Of a DNA stretch of 64,000 nt, positions 21,667 to 30,342 are shown piece after piece. The DNA lies in the NCBI GenBank assembly GCA_016707785.1, contig JADJGZ010000014.1:4225-68224 (forward strand), in the 5' to 3' direction. Both the position numbers and the translations under genes were made by a program. Within the stretch, counting starts at the first letter, position 1; every line of letters starts with the position of its first letter. Under the pieces are notes generated by a model. The model did not search any database. It was not told where the DNA came from and saw only the letters and a program-made list of their open reading frames with translations. Origin of the DNA: Bacteroidales bacterium. Its GTDB lineage: Bacteria; Bacteroidota; Bacteroidia; Bacteroidales; UBA4417.

Positions 21667-22551
21667 CTATCGTACAATCATCTTGAGTGACAGTGGATTA
21701 ATGTTTATCTGCACATCTTCATCAATTTGAAATGCTTCCCCATCAAGATTTACCTTACTGCCGGCAGTTTTGGTAATTGTAACTTCTTTTGCCTTGAAGT
21801 ATTCGGCATAACCTGTTTTCCCGAAGGTCCCGAAGAAAACTCTGGGAGCAGAAAACACCACCTTTAGGATTGAAGGTTTTGTGACAACACAGATATCTAT
21901 GAATCCATCATCAATTTTTGCCTGGGGGGCGATTTTAGAGTGAAAGCCAAATTGGTCACTATTGGCAAATGAAATCATCAATGCTTTCCTGGTCACTTCA
22001 TGCCCATCAATAAACATCTGATAATCCAGTGGTTGATAGGTGCGGTATTCTTGCAGGATTATCCTTACATAAGAAATAAGTCCCCGCACGCCAGAGGATG
22101 CAAACTTCTCGGCTACTTTGGCGTCGAATCCGATGCCTGCAATGCTTGTAAAGACTTTATCGTTGAGGTTTACGGTGTCGATGTATTTTGTATTTCCCCG
22201 ATTAATTACCCTTAAAGCCTGGAAGATATTCATCGGAATTTTCAGGTGATGGGCAAGGCCATTTCCAGAGCCTGTTGGCAAAATACCCATAGCAGTTTTT
22301 GTGTTTATAAGTGCACGGGCCACTTCATTAACTGTGCCATCACCACCAACAGCGATCACAAAGGGAATGCCTGATTCAACCGCTTCTTTCGCCAGTTCAG
22401 TTGCATGCGTGGCATATTTTGTAAACTGGACTTCTGGTTTATAACGTTCATTATCCAGGTACTGACCCGCCAATAGTCGTATCAGGAACTTACTTTTAAT
22501 GGTAATTCCGGCCCTGGGATTCACAATAAAAAGAATATTTGTTTTTGTCAT
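21667..22551 (-). CDS. Diacylglycerol/lipid kinase family protein (YegS/BmrU-like)
   Basis: 294 aa. Seen: NPRAG, AVGGDGTVNEV and LPTGSGNGLA motifs. Confidence 0.85.
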   Translation of the reverse strand: MTKTNILFIVNPRAGITIKSKFLIRLLAGQYLDNERYKPEVQFTKYATHATELAKEAVESGIPFVIAVGGDGTVNEVARALINTKTAMGILPTGSGNGLAHHLKIPMNIFQALRVINRGNTKYIDTVNLNDKVFTSIAGIGFDAKVAEKFASSGVRGLISYVRIILQEYRTYQPLDYQMFIDGHEVTRKALMISFANSDQFGFHSKIAPQAKIDDGFIDICVVTKPSILKVVFSAPRVFFGTFGKTGYAEYFKAKEVTITKTAGSKVNLDGEAFQIDEDVQININPLSLKMIVR

Positions 22552-22553
22552 AT

Positions 22554-24512
22554 CTATTGGAGCGTGAGCCGGTTATCAATCATTCGGTCATTATATTGCT
22601 GAACCAGAGATTTCAGAAGCATTTCCATTTCTTCCGCTTCCCGATGATTTTGCAATGGTAAGGGATATTTTAATAATGGATCCTGCTCATAGTTAAATAA
22701 CAGTTTCTTACCGTCTTCATTCCACTGCAAGACAAAGTTACCTTTAATCAGTTGATAGGAGTTGCCTGAAAGAGACAGGCTGAATCTCTGGCTGGAGTTA
22801 CTAAAGACAGATGAACCAAATGAAATGAATGGTTTCGTATAACCCAAATAGTCAAGGATACTGGGCATAATATCTGTTTGCTGCATGAGCTTTTCGTTCT
22901 TAACTTCAAATTTTTCAGAAGGTGAAAAGAAAACAATAGGGATTCGATAGTAACCGACCCTCGTTTTATATTCAGGAAGATTGGCTTCTGATGTGTGATC
23001 AGCTGTGATAATGAATATTGTATTATTGAACCATGCTTGTTTACTGGCTGTCTTAAAGAATTCTTTCAACGCATAATCGGTATACATAATGGTTTCCTGG
23101 ATAGGGATGGCACCTTTCCGGAACTTCCCCCTGTATTTTTCAGGTACTTTATAGGGGTGATGTGATGAAAGTGTGAATACAGATGCAAGAAACGGCTGCT
23201 TTAATCCGGTGATTTCCCTGGCAAAATACTGTAGGAAAGGCTCATCCCAGATCCCCCATTGTCCATCAAAATCGGCTTCATTCCCATATTCATTTCTGCC
23301 GGCATAACGTTCAAATCCTGTTGATTTTGAATAAGCATCAAATCCCATGGTGCCATTGGTTCCACCATGGAAAAAGGCCGTACTGTAACCTTCAGGTTTA
23401 AGTAATGAAGGCAGGCTGTTGGTTTTATTGGCTGAATATTGTGAAGTTATATAATCCTGGTCCATCCATGTGGGGAGTCCACCAATGATCGCCGGGATTC
23501 CTTCGATTGATCTTTTACCATTCGCAAACCCGTTGAAATGGGCTGAGTGATCACACAGGCTATCCAGGAAAGGGGTGAATCCCTGGTAAGTTTTATGTAA
23601 ACTGTTCTTGTTGTAGTACCCGATATGCTCCCTGGAGAAGCTTTCCAGGATGATAATCACTATATTTTTCTTACGCATAGGAATTGGGTTTCCCAGGCTG
23701 TCATTTTTAAGGTATCCTTGTTCAGCATTGAAATAACTGAGTAATTCGTCCTTATTCGTAAAGTACTCCTTTTTATCAAGTCCTTTCTGATCGAATGTTT
23801 TCATAATCGTGAAAGCAGAGTTCAGGACTAAAGGAACATCCTGGGCATCAGCATAGGCTGAAGCTGTCATAATGCCAATAGGTTTCAATTGAAAGCCTCC
23901 CCTCATTCCAAGGATAGTCAATCCTCCCAAAACAACAGTAAGCAATAGTTGTCCGGCAAAGTGGAATCGATTCCTGGAGTTGTTGACGGAAGCGACGATT
24001 TTAATGCGTTTGCTTATCCAAATGATCAGGAAGATGAATAGGGCAAATAGAAGGAACAGGAACCAGAAATCCTTAACGAATTGTAGCCATAAATTTGATT
24101 CCATGCCTACTGTAAGATAAGAAAAGATATCCCCTGTTAACCTTTTCATGGTAAACCGATAATAAACAATATCTACAAGGTTGGGAATCAGAAGAATGAT
24201 ATTCACAAGACAAAACAGAAATCCGGTAATTGACTGATATATGGCAGACTTCCGCTGTTTCAGGGGCAAAAGCAATAATATGATAACAGGACTATTGGCA
24301 TAAAGTACGGTTGAAAGATCGAAACGTAAACCAACCAGGAATAATTGCAGGATGGAGCCGAAGGAATGACCCGGGAATAAACCTGGATTGAAGAAATAGA
24401 TTAGAGTCCGGCTAAATGCCAGTAGCAGCAATGAAGCGAATAATCTAAGAATCAATGCTACCTGTGGATTGCCACTATAAATCAGGAACTGTTTTTTGGC
24501 GGGCTGTTTCAT
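22554..24512 (-). CDS. LTA-synthase-family sulfatase/phosphoglycerol transferase (membrane anchored)
   Basis: 652 aa with multi-TM N-terminus and an alkaline-phosphatase-superfamily domain (NIVIIILESFS..., FHGGTNGTMGFD, IIITADH). Confidence 0.8.
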   Translation of the reverse strand: MKQPAKKQFLIYSGNPQVALILRLFASLLLLAFSRTLIYFFNPGLFPGHSFGSILQLFLVGLRFDLSTVLYANSPVIILLLLPLKQRKSAIYQSITGFLFCLVNIILLIPNLVDIVYYRFTMKRLTGDIFSYLTVGMESNLWLQFVKDFWFLFLLFALFIFLIIWISKRIKIVASVNNSRNRFHFAGQLLLTVVLGGLTILGMRGGFQLKPIGIMTASAYADAQDVPLVLNSAFTIMKTFDQKGLDKKEYFTNKDELLSYFNAEQGYLKNDSLGNPIPMRKKNIVIIILESFSREHIGYYNKNSLHKTYQGFTPFLDSLCDHSAHFNGFANGKRSIEGIPAIIGGLPTWMDQDYITSQYSANKTNSLPSLLKPEGYSTAFFHGGTNGTMGFDAYSKSTGFERYAGRNEYGNEADFDGQWGIWDEPFLQYFAREITGLKQPFLASVFTLSSHHPYKVPEKYRGKFRKGAIPIQETIMYTDYALKEFFKTASKQAWFNNTIFIITADHTSEANLPEYKTRVGYYRIPIVFFSPSEKFEVKNEKLMQQTDIMPSILDYLGYTKPFISFGSSVFSNSSQRFSLSLSGNSYQLIKGNFVLQWNEDGKKLLFNYEQDPLLKYPLPLQNHREAEEMEMLLKSLVQQYNDRMIDNRLTLQ

Positions 24513-24618
24513 TCAACGGTTGTGGTAGCAAAGATTAAGTCAATAAAGTTCCATTATAACTCTTGCACCGGAAGGCTTGGTCAGGAATGTGCTTTGACAA
24601 TTTGTCCAGGATTTAAGC

Positions 24619-24927
24619 CTAGAAATATTTTACAATGACTTGTCTGGTAACCTCCTGTGCGGATTGTCCATCACTGTCGGTAACATTATATTTTATTGTA
24701 TAAGTCCCAATTGCACCTGTGTCGACAGTACTATTTACTATGATTTTATCGGAGATATCTCCATCTTCTTCATCAATGGCTTTGGCCCCGGCGTCGTTAT
24801 AGGGGTAACCTATTCCTGTTTCAGCCGGGTTGTTGCCCAGGAGTGTTATTACCGGTGCCTTTCCATCTTTTTTACAGGAAATTATTGTGAGAGATAGCAG
24901 CAGAATAATGGACAGGATCTTTTTCAT
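24619..24927 (-). CDS. Small lipoprotein with an Ig-like (DUF5011-type) domain
   Basis: Lipobox LTIISC. Seen: APVITLLGNNP...Y.D.GA.A.D..DGDIS..I.V...VDT...G.Y...Y.V.DS.G. Confidence 0.6.
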   Translation of the reverse strand: MKKILSIILLLSLTIISCKKDGKAPVITLLGNNPAETGIGYPYNDAGAKAIDEEDGDISDKIIVNSTVDTGAIGTYTIKYNVTDSDGQSAQEVTRQVIVKYF

Positions 24928-24952
24928 ACAAACGCAGGGTTAATGGGTGTGA

Positions 24953-24960
24953 CAAATTTA
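24953..24960 (-). promoter_or_regulatory. -7 promoter box for the 24927 lipoprotein gene
   Basis: The minus strand reads TAaaTTTG, 26 nt upstream of the ATG. Confidence 0.35.
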
Positions 24961-24988
24961 AAAAAAAGAGGTGCAAGAATGCACCTCT
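24958..24988 (-). terminator. Terminator after the 25013..25885 gene
   Basis: 9-bp stem AGAGGTGCA / TGCACCTCT with a 4-nt loop. A T-run follows on the minus strand. Confidence 0.7.
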
Positions 24989-25012
24989 TTTAAAAGCATT
25001 TGTCAGAATGAA

Positions 25013-25885
25013 CTATTTCTGAACTTTAACATCATATGTGATAGTGCCTGCACCGGTTCCGGTTATTTCTGTGATCTTTATCAGTCCAATTTTATTACCG
25101 GCAGTTTTGAAAGCAACAATATTACCTACCTGAAGTTGGTTTGCCTTGGTTTCAGTGGTATTGATTGCAATGTCGGCGATATTGGCAGCAGTTGTAACGT
25201 TATCCCAAACAACGGCAGTGGTTACCTTGTTAAAACGGGTTCCGTTTAATGTAGCCCAGGTTTGAAGACCACTGGTTCCGTCAAATATAGTAGCGGCATC
25301 CACATCATCTGGAGAAGCTAAAGTAGCCATGTTGCTTACACCATAGAAATATAGCCAGTCTATTTTAGCTGAATTTGCTTTTGCATCAACCATTTTATAG
25401 ACTGTTCCATCAGCAGATGCAAAAGAACTGCCGTAAGTAGAGTTGTCATATGAACCCAGGATCTTTTGAGTATAAGTTGTAACATCGTCTACCTGGGTTG
25501 CTGTGATGGTCAGGGAAACAGTAGCTGTTTCACCATCTTTATCTGTAATGGTGAAATTAAGTTTGGTTTCACCGATTTCATCAATAGTTAATGTATAATC
25601 TTTTGAAAAACTATCTGAGGAACTGGCATCAATTGTTTCAGTATGCACAGGAACAGGGGTATTGCTATGGATTGCAACAATTTCTAATGTTTCCAGTTTT
25701 GCGCTTCCACTTTGAGCGGTGATTCCAATTTTAATGTCTGTGCCAGCAACTATAGTAGCATCAGAGGATGTATAACCTGCACCGCCGAGGAAATTAATAG
25801 TAGGAGGAGTAGTATCCTTGGTACATGAAGTCAGGAAGGTAACTCCTGCCAAAAGAACAACAAAGAATAAGCTGATTTTTTTCAT
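25013..25885 (-). CDS. Lipoprotein of unknown function (Ig-like N-terminal part)
   Basis: The track ORF extends to 26041, but MKKISLFFVVLLAGVTFLTSC (signal peptide plus lipobox) starts at 25885 and a promoter box lies 67 nt upstream of that. Confidence 0.6.
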   Translation of the reverse strand: MKKISLFFVVLLAGVTFLTSCTKDTTPPTINFLGGAGYTSSDATIVAGTDIKIGITAQSGSAKLETLEIVAIHSNTPVPVHTETIDASSSDSFSKDYTLTIDEIGETKLNFTITDKDGETATVSLTITATQVDDVTTYTQKILGSYDNSTYGSSFASADGTVYKMVDAKANSAKIDWLYFYGVSNMATLASPDDVDAATIFDGTSGLQTWATLNGTRFNKVTTAVVWDNVTTAANIADIAINTTETKANQLQVGNIVAFKTAGNKIGLIKITEITGTGAGTITYDVKVQK

Positions 25886-25951
25886 TTCTTGATTTTTATT
25901 TATGATTATTAATTGTGTGAATTGGTTTTTGGTCGAATTTTTAATCGACTG

Positions 25952-25959
25952 CAAAGTTA
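25952..25959 (-). promoter_or_regulatory. -7 promoter box for the 25885 lipoprotein gene
   Basis: The minus strand reads TAacTTTGCAGTCG. Confidence 0.45.
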
Positions 25960-26117
25960 ACAACTTTTGTGCCAAAATGCTGTTAAATCTTCTAAATAGG
26001 CTGAATGGCAGTCGTATCCCGATAATAAAGATATTAACCATGTCATTGTTAAGAAATAAAAAATAGAAATGATAGACATAATTTAGAAATAATTTGCTTT
26101 AGCCTTTAATATTTATA

Positions 26118-26125
26118 TATTTTTG
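26118..26125 (+). promoter_or_regulatory. -7 promoter box for the small lipoprotein gene
   Basis: TAttTTTG, 35 nt upstream of ATG 26160. Confidence 0.4.
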
Positions 26126-26159
26126 CGTCAAAATTAACCACCTTTAAAACAAACAACAC

Positions 26160-26321
26160 ATGAAAAAACTGTTTTTCTTACTTGCTGTTGCTGGTATGAT
26201 CTCATTTGTCGCATGTAAATCAGGCGAAAACAAAACCGAAGCCACCGCTGATACTACAGCAGTTCAAGAAGCTCCTGTTGACACAACAGCAGCTCCAGCA
26301 GATACTACTGTTGCTCAGTAA
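26160..26321 (+). CDS. 53-aa lipoprotein (below the track length cutoff)
   Basis: Hand translation: MKKLFFLLAVAGMISFVACKSGENKTEATADTTAVQEAPVDTTAAPADTTVAQ*. It has a lipobox, and it has its own promoter box and terminator. Confidence 0.5.
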   Translation: MKKLFFLLAVAGMISFVACKSGENKTEATADTTAVQEAPVDTTAAPADTTVAQ

Positions 26322-26354
26322 GTAAAACTACCAGTTGTACTGGTTATCTGTATA

Positions 26355-26385
26355 AAAAAGGAAGCCCTTAGGCTTCCTTTTTTTA
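26355..26385 (+). terminator. Rho-independent terminator
   Basis: AAGGAAGCC-CTTA-GGCTTCCTT followed by T7. Confidence 0.8.
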
Positions 26386-26496
26386 ACTCTGTAGTGGGAA
26401 AGAGTTTCTTATTATGATATTTACTTTTTTTAGTCTTACTCAAATTATCATTTTTGAAAAATGGTTTTATTTGTTTGTAGAATTGAATAGCAAACG

Positions 26497-26504
26497 TAAA
26501 TTTG
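26497..26504 (+). promoter_or_regulatory. -7 promoter box for the citrate lyase genes
   Basis: TAaaTTTG, 64 nt upstream of ATG 26568. Confidence 0.4.
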
Positions 26505-26567
26505 TTTTATAAAATCAGGAAATATTTCCTGGTAGTGCTTCATTTTAACTTAATAATAATCAAGCAT

Positions 26568-27803
26568 ATGGAGTTTACATCCGACAAATTGGCAGCCATT
26601 GGTAATAAAGGAAAGGGAATTCGTTCTGATTGTTTTGTTACCATTGAATTGACTGGAACCGGTGGTATAGAACTGGAGCTCATCAGCAAGGTTCAAAGCA
26701 TGTATGGAGAAAGTAACAGGAAACTGATCAGTGAGATCCTCAGTTTTTTCGGTGTTGATAACGCAAAGGTTCTTATAGAAGATAGCGGAGCGCTTCCTTT
26801 GGTTATAGCCGCCCGGATGGAAGCTGCCATAAGGTTACTGACAAAAACGGAAAAAGAGTTTTTACTCCCGATGCTCCCTGAGAATGAGTATTCCACAACA
26901 CGCGACAGAAATCGTTTTTCGAGGCTATACTTACCCGGAAACACACCAAGTCTGGCAATCAATGCCGGAATTCATAAACCGGATGGGATCATACTTGACC
27001 TTGAAGATGCGGTAGCGCCTGCGAAAAAGTACGAAGCCAGTTTCCTCGTAAGAAATTCACTCAGAAACATTGATTTCTATGGTGCAGAAAGGATGGTTCG
27101 GATTAACCAGGTTCCCCGTGGACTTGATGATCTTGATTTCATTGTTCCTCATCATGTGAACCTTATATTATTACCGAAATGTGAGAGCGCTGAGCAGGTG
27201 AATTCAGTAAATGAGAGAATTGCTCTTATCAGAAAACGGACTGGTGCAAAACAGCCGATATGGATTATGCCAATTATAGAAAGTGCTTTGGGCGTTTTGA
27301 AATCACTGGAAATTGCTCAATCGGAGAATGTTGTTGCAATGGCAATAGGACTTGAGGATTACACTGCCGATCTGGGCACCAGGCGTACAATGGAAGGCAC
27401 TGAATCCTTCTTTGCCCGCAGCATGGTGGTAAATGCCTGCAAAGCAGCAGGGATACAGGCTATTGACTCTGTTTTCAGTGATGTTGCCGATATGGAAGGA
27501 TTAAAGCAAAATGTGATTAGGTCGAAAGCCCTGGGATTTGATGGGATGGGTTGTATTCATCCCCGGCAGATCAGGGTCATTCATGATAATTATGCACCTG
27601 ATACAGAAGAAATTGAAAAAGCAAAAAAAATAGTCAATGCTTTCATAATTGCCTCCGAGAAAGGATTAGGGGTTGTATCACTTGGAACAAAAATGATTGA
27701 TCCGCCTGTTGTTAAAAGGGCCCAGAAGGTTATAGACCTGGCAATCACCATGAATAAGCTTTCTGCGGATTGGAGAGTTGAATTCTTGTCATCAATAAAT
27801 TGA
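26568..27803 (+). CDS. citE: Citrate lyase fused gamma (acyl carrier, CitD) and beta (citryl-CoA lyase, CitE) subunits
   Basis: The first ~95 aa resemble CitD (GIRSDCFVTIE...DSGALPLVIAARMEAAI, with Ser aligned to the prosthetic-group Ser). The rest is HpcH/CitE-like (RLYLPGNTP..., DGIILDLEDAV, ...IESA.G, GLEDYTADLG). Start chosen at MEFTSD; the track start is 26502. Confidence 0.8.
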   Translation: MEFTSDKLAAIGNKGKGIRSDCFVTIELTGTGGIELELISKVQSMYGESNRKLISEILSFFGVDNAKVLIEDSGALPLVIAARMEAAIRLLTKTEKEFLLPMLPENEYSTTRDRNRFSRLYLPGNTPSLAINAGIHKPDGIILDLEDAVAPAKKYEASFLVRNSLRNIDFYGAERMVRINQVPRGLDDLDFIVPHHVNLILLPKCESAEQVNSVNERIALIRKRTGAKQPIWIMPIIESALGVLKSLEIAQSENVVAMAIGLEDYTADLGTRRTMEGTESFFARSMVVNACKAAGIQAIDSVFSDVADMEGLKQNVIRSKALGFDGMGCIHPRQIRVIHDNYAPDTEEIEKAKKIVNAFIIASEKGLGVVSLGTKMIDPPVVKRAQKVIDLAITMNKLSADWRVEFLSSIN

Positions 27804-27851
27804 TCGATCCCAAATTGTTAAATAAGATTTTGAAAAAAAAGACTTCCTATT

Positions 27852-29414
27852 ATGTCAAAATACGATAAACTCATTAGCAATGCATTAGGCCGGACGGTTC
27901 CACAGGTTATTAACGGAAAGGATGCTATTCCTTACCTTGGAGTAGGGAAATATCATCCAACCGGCCGAAAGCATGCCCCTCTCATTTCCAGCTTGTCTGA
28001 TTATCCTGAAGATGGGAACAAGGTACTTCCGTCATTGAGGGAAGCCCTGGAGAGAGCCGGATTAAAGGATGGAATGGTGATTTCAACCCATCACCACTTC
28101 AGAAACGGGGATCTTATTGCCGTGCAGATTTTTGATATAGCTGCAGAGATGGGGGTCAAAGACCTGACATGGGTTCCATCAGCTTCATTTGAGTGTCATT
28201 CTCCCTTGATTAAGTACCTGGAAGATGGTACCATTCATCACATTGAAGGCAGTATGAACGGAGCCTTGGGAAAATTTACTTCTGAAGGAGGAATGAAAGG
28301 TTTGGGTATTCTGAGGTCACATGGTGGAAGATACCAGGCCATCCAGGATGGTGATGTGAAAATCGATATTACGGTGATTGCAGCACCCACAGCAGATCCA
28401 TTTGGAAATGCAACCGGCGACAGGGGTCCGGCTGCATGCGGATTGCTGGGATTTGCTCTCGCAGATTCTCAATATGCTGATAAAGTAATTGTAGTAACAG
28501 ATAACCTGGTTCCCTTTCCATGTATTCCCTGGCAAATTCAGGGGAACTATGTGGACTTTGTTGTTAAAGTAGAGAAAGTTGGGATTCCTGAAAAGATAGT
28601 ATCAGGAACTACGGAAATTACCAAGAGTCCGGATCGCTTACTGCTGGCAGAAATGACAGCGCAATTCTGTGATGAAGCAGGAATTGTGACTGATGGCTTC
28701 TCCTTCCAGGCCGGGGCCGGGGGGACAGCCCTAAGCATCGGAATTTATTTTGCTGAAATGTGTCGGCAAAGAGGAATTAAAGCGCGTTTTGCCCGTGGAG
28801 GATCCAATAAATACCTGGTGAAAATGCTGGAAGAAGGCCTGGTAGAGTATATTCTTGATGGACAGACCTTTGATCTCGAAGGAGTACGTTCGATGAGAGA
28901 AAATGCCGGCCATGTAAATACAAGTCCTTTTACCAGTTATAACTACCACGGGAAAGGTAATTTCGCACAGTTCGTGGATGTTGTAATCCTTGGAGCTACT
29001 GAGGTAGATGTACATTTTAATGCAAATGTGGTTACTCACAGTGATGGATACCTTTTACACGGGATCGGTGGCTGGATGAACTGCCTGCTTTCAAAATGTG
29101 TGATTCTGCCCGTTCCTTTGTTCCGTGACAGGATGCCGGTTATTTTGGATGATGTGACAACAATATGCGGACCCGGTGAACTCATTGATGTGATTGTAAC
29201 CGAAAGAGGAATTGCAATTAATCCCCTCAGAACCGACCTCATTGAAAAAATGAAAGGATCCCGCCTACCCATCCGAACAATACAGGAGTTGAAAGCCGAA
29301 GCTGAGAAAATCTGTGGTAAGCCCTCAAAACCGCGCTTAACTGATGAGATTGTTGCTGCCATAAAATGGGTGGATGGAACAGTTATCGATTCTGTTTTCA
29401 GGGTTGAAAAATAA
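27852..29414 (+). CDS. citF: Citrate lyase alpha subunit (citrate CoA-transferase)
   Basis: 520 aa, colinear by eye with E. coli CitF (LKDGMVISTHHHFRNGD, RSHGGR, DPFGNA..., GAGGTAL, C-terminal ...IKWVDGTVIDSV). Confidence 0.9.
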   Translation: MSKYDKLISNALGRTVPQVINGKDAIPYLGVGKYHPTGRKHAPLISSLSDYPEDGNKVLPSLREALERAGLKDGMVISTHHHFRNGDLIAVQIFDIAAEMGVKDLTWVPSASFECHSPLIKYLEDGTIHHIEGSMNGALGKFTSEGGMKGLGILRSHGGRYQAIQDGDVKIDITVIAAPTADPFGNATGDRGPAACGLLGFALADSQYADKVIVVTDNLVPFPCIPWQIQGNYVDFVVKVEKVGIPEKIVSGTTEITKSPDRLLLAEMTAQFCDEAGIVTDGFSFQAGAGGTALSIGIYFAEMCRQRGIKARFARGGSNKYLVKMLEEGLVEYILDGQTFDLEGVRSMRENAGHVNTSPFTSYNYHGKGNFAQFVDVVILGATEVDVHFNANVVTHSDGYLLHGIGGWMNCLLSKCVILPVPLFRDRMPVILDDVTTICGPGELIDVIVTERGIAINPLRTDLIEKMKGSRLPIRTIQELKAEAEKICGKPSKPRLTDEIVAAIKWVDGTVIDSVFRVEK

Positions 29415-29462
29415 AGCATGCTATATTCTTAAATACACGTATACGAGATTCATTATGTAAAT

Positions 29463-29502
29463 GCCCTGCTTCTTTAGAAAAAGGAGCAGGGCGTTTTGTT
29501 TT
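29463..29502 (+). terminator. Terminator after citF
   Basis: GCCCTGCT...AGCAGGGC stem followed by GTTTTGTTTT. Confidence 0.7.
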
Positions 29503-29678
29503 GGATTTGTTGAATAGTGTAAATTGTTAATTCATAGCACTTTGTTTAATTTTTCAGGATGCATTTTTTGTATATAGGTAGGGTATTCTGATCAAGAGAT
29601 TGAGGAGGATTTTATTTTTCTGTATCTTAGTATCATAAAAGCTATTTCTATACGTTTCTCTGTTGATTTTTGATTCAG

Positions 29679-30224
29679 ATGGATTTCCCTGATAGCCGAC
29701 CTACTATTAAAACTGAGAGATTAATTCTTCGCCCATTACTAATAAGTGATGGTTGGGAGATTCGTCGGATGGCTGGCAATAGCAAGGTTGCGGAAAACAC
29801 TCTTTATATGCCATTTCCTTATCCCGAAGGCATAGCAGAAGAATGGATCAGTACTCATTCCAATGAATTTTTTGAGAAAAAGCAACTAGTCCTGGGTATT
29901 TGTCTGAAACCGGAGAAGACCCTCATAGGTTGTATCGGCCTCACCCTTAAATTGGATATTGCCAACGCGGAATTAGGCTATTGGATAGGGGAGGAGCATT
30001 GGAATAATGGATATGCTACGGAAGCTGCTTTTGCATTGATTGATTATGGTTTTAAATCGCTTGGACTGCATAAAATATTTGCATATTATTTTTCAAACAA
30101 TGAAGCCTCAGGGCGTGTTATGGAGAAAGTAGGGATGAAGCAGGAAGGTTATCTCAAGGAACATGTCAGGCATTGGGGCGAATATAAGGATCTGTTTATC
30201 TATGGAATTTTGAATAAGGATTAA
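29679..30224 (+). CDS. GNAT family N-acetyltransferase (RimJ/RimL-like)
   Basis: Seen: TERLILRPL..., ...GYWIGEEHWNNGYATEA..., NEASGRVMEKVGM. ATG 29679 is preferred over the track TTG 29670. Confidence 0.8.
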   Translation: MDFPDSRPTIKTERLILRPLLISDGWEIRRMAGNSKVAENTLYMPFPYPEGIAEEWISTHSNEFFEKKQLVLGICLKPEKTLIGCIGLTLKLDIANAELGYWIGEEHWNNGYATEAAFALIDYGFKSLGLHKIFAYYFSNNEASGRVMEKVGMKQEGYLKEHVRHWGEYKDLFIYGILNKD

Positions 30225-30342
30225 GCCAGTTGCAATAATTGAGTTAATTGGTCTTAAATATTTTTTTGCCGGAACGCCTGAAAATAATTGCATAAGGAGT
30301 ATCAGAACTGCTTTTAAATACGACCAGATATAATTTTCTCCC

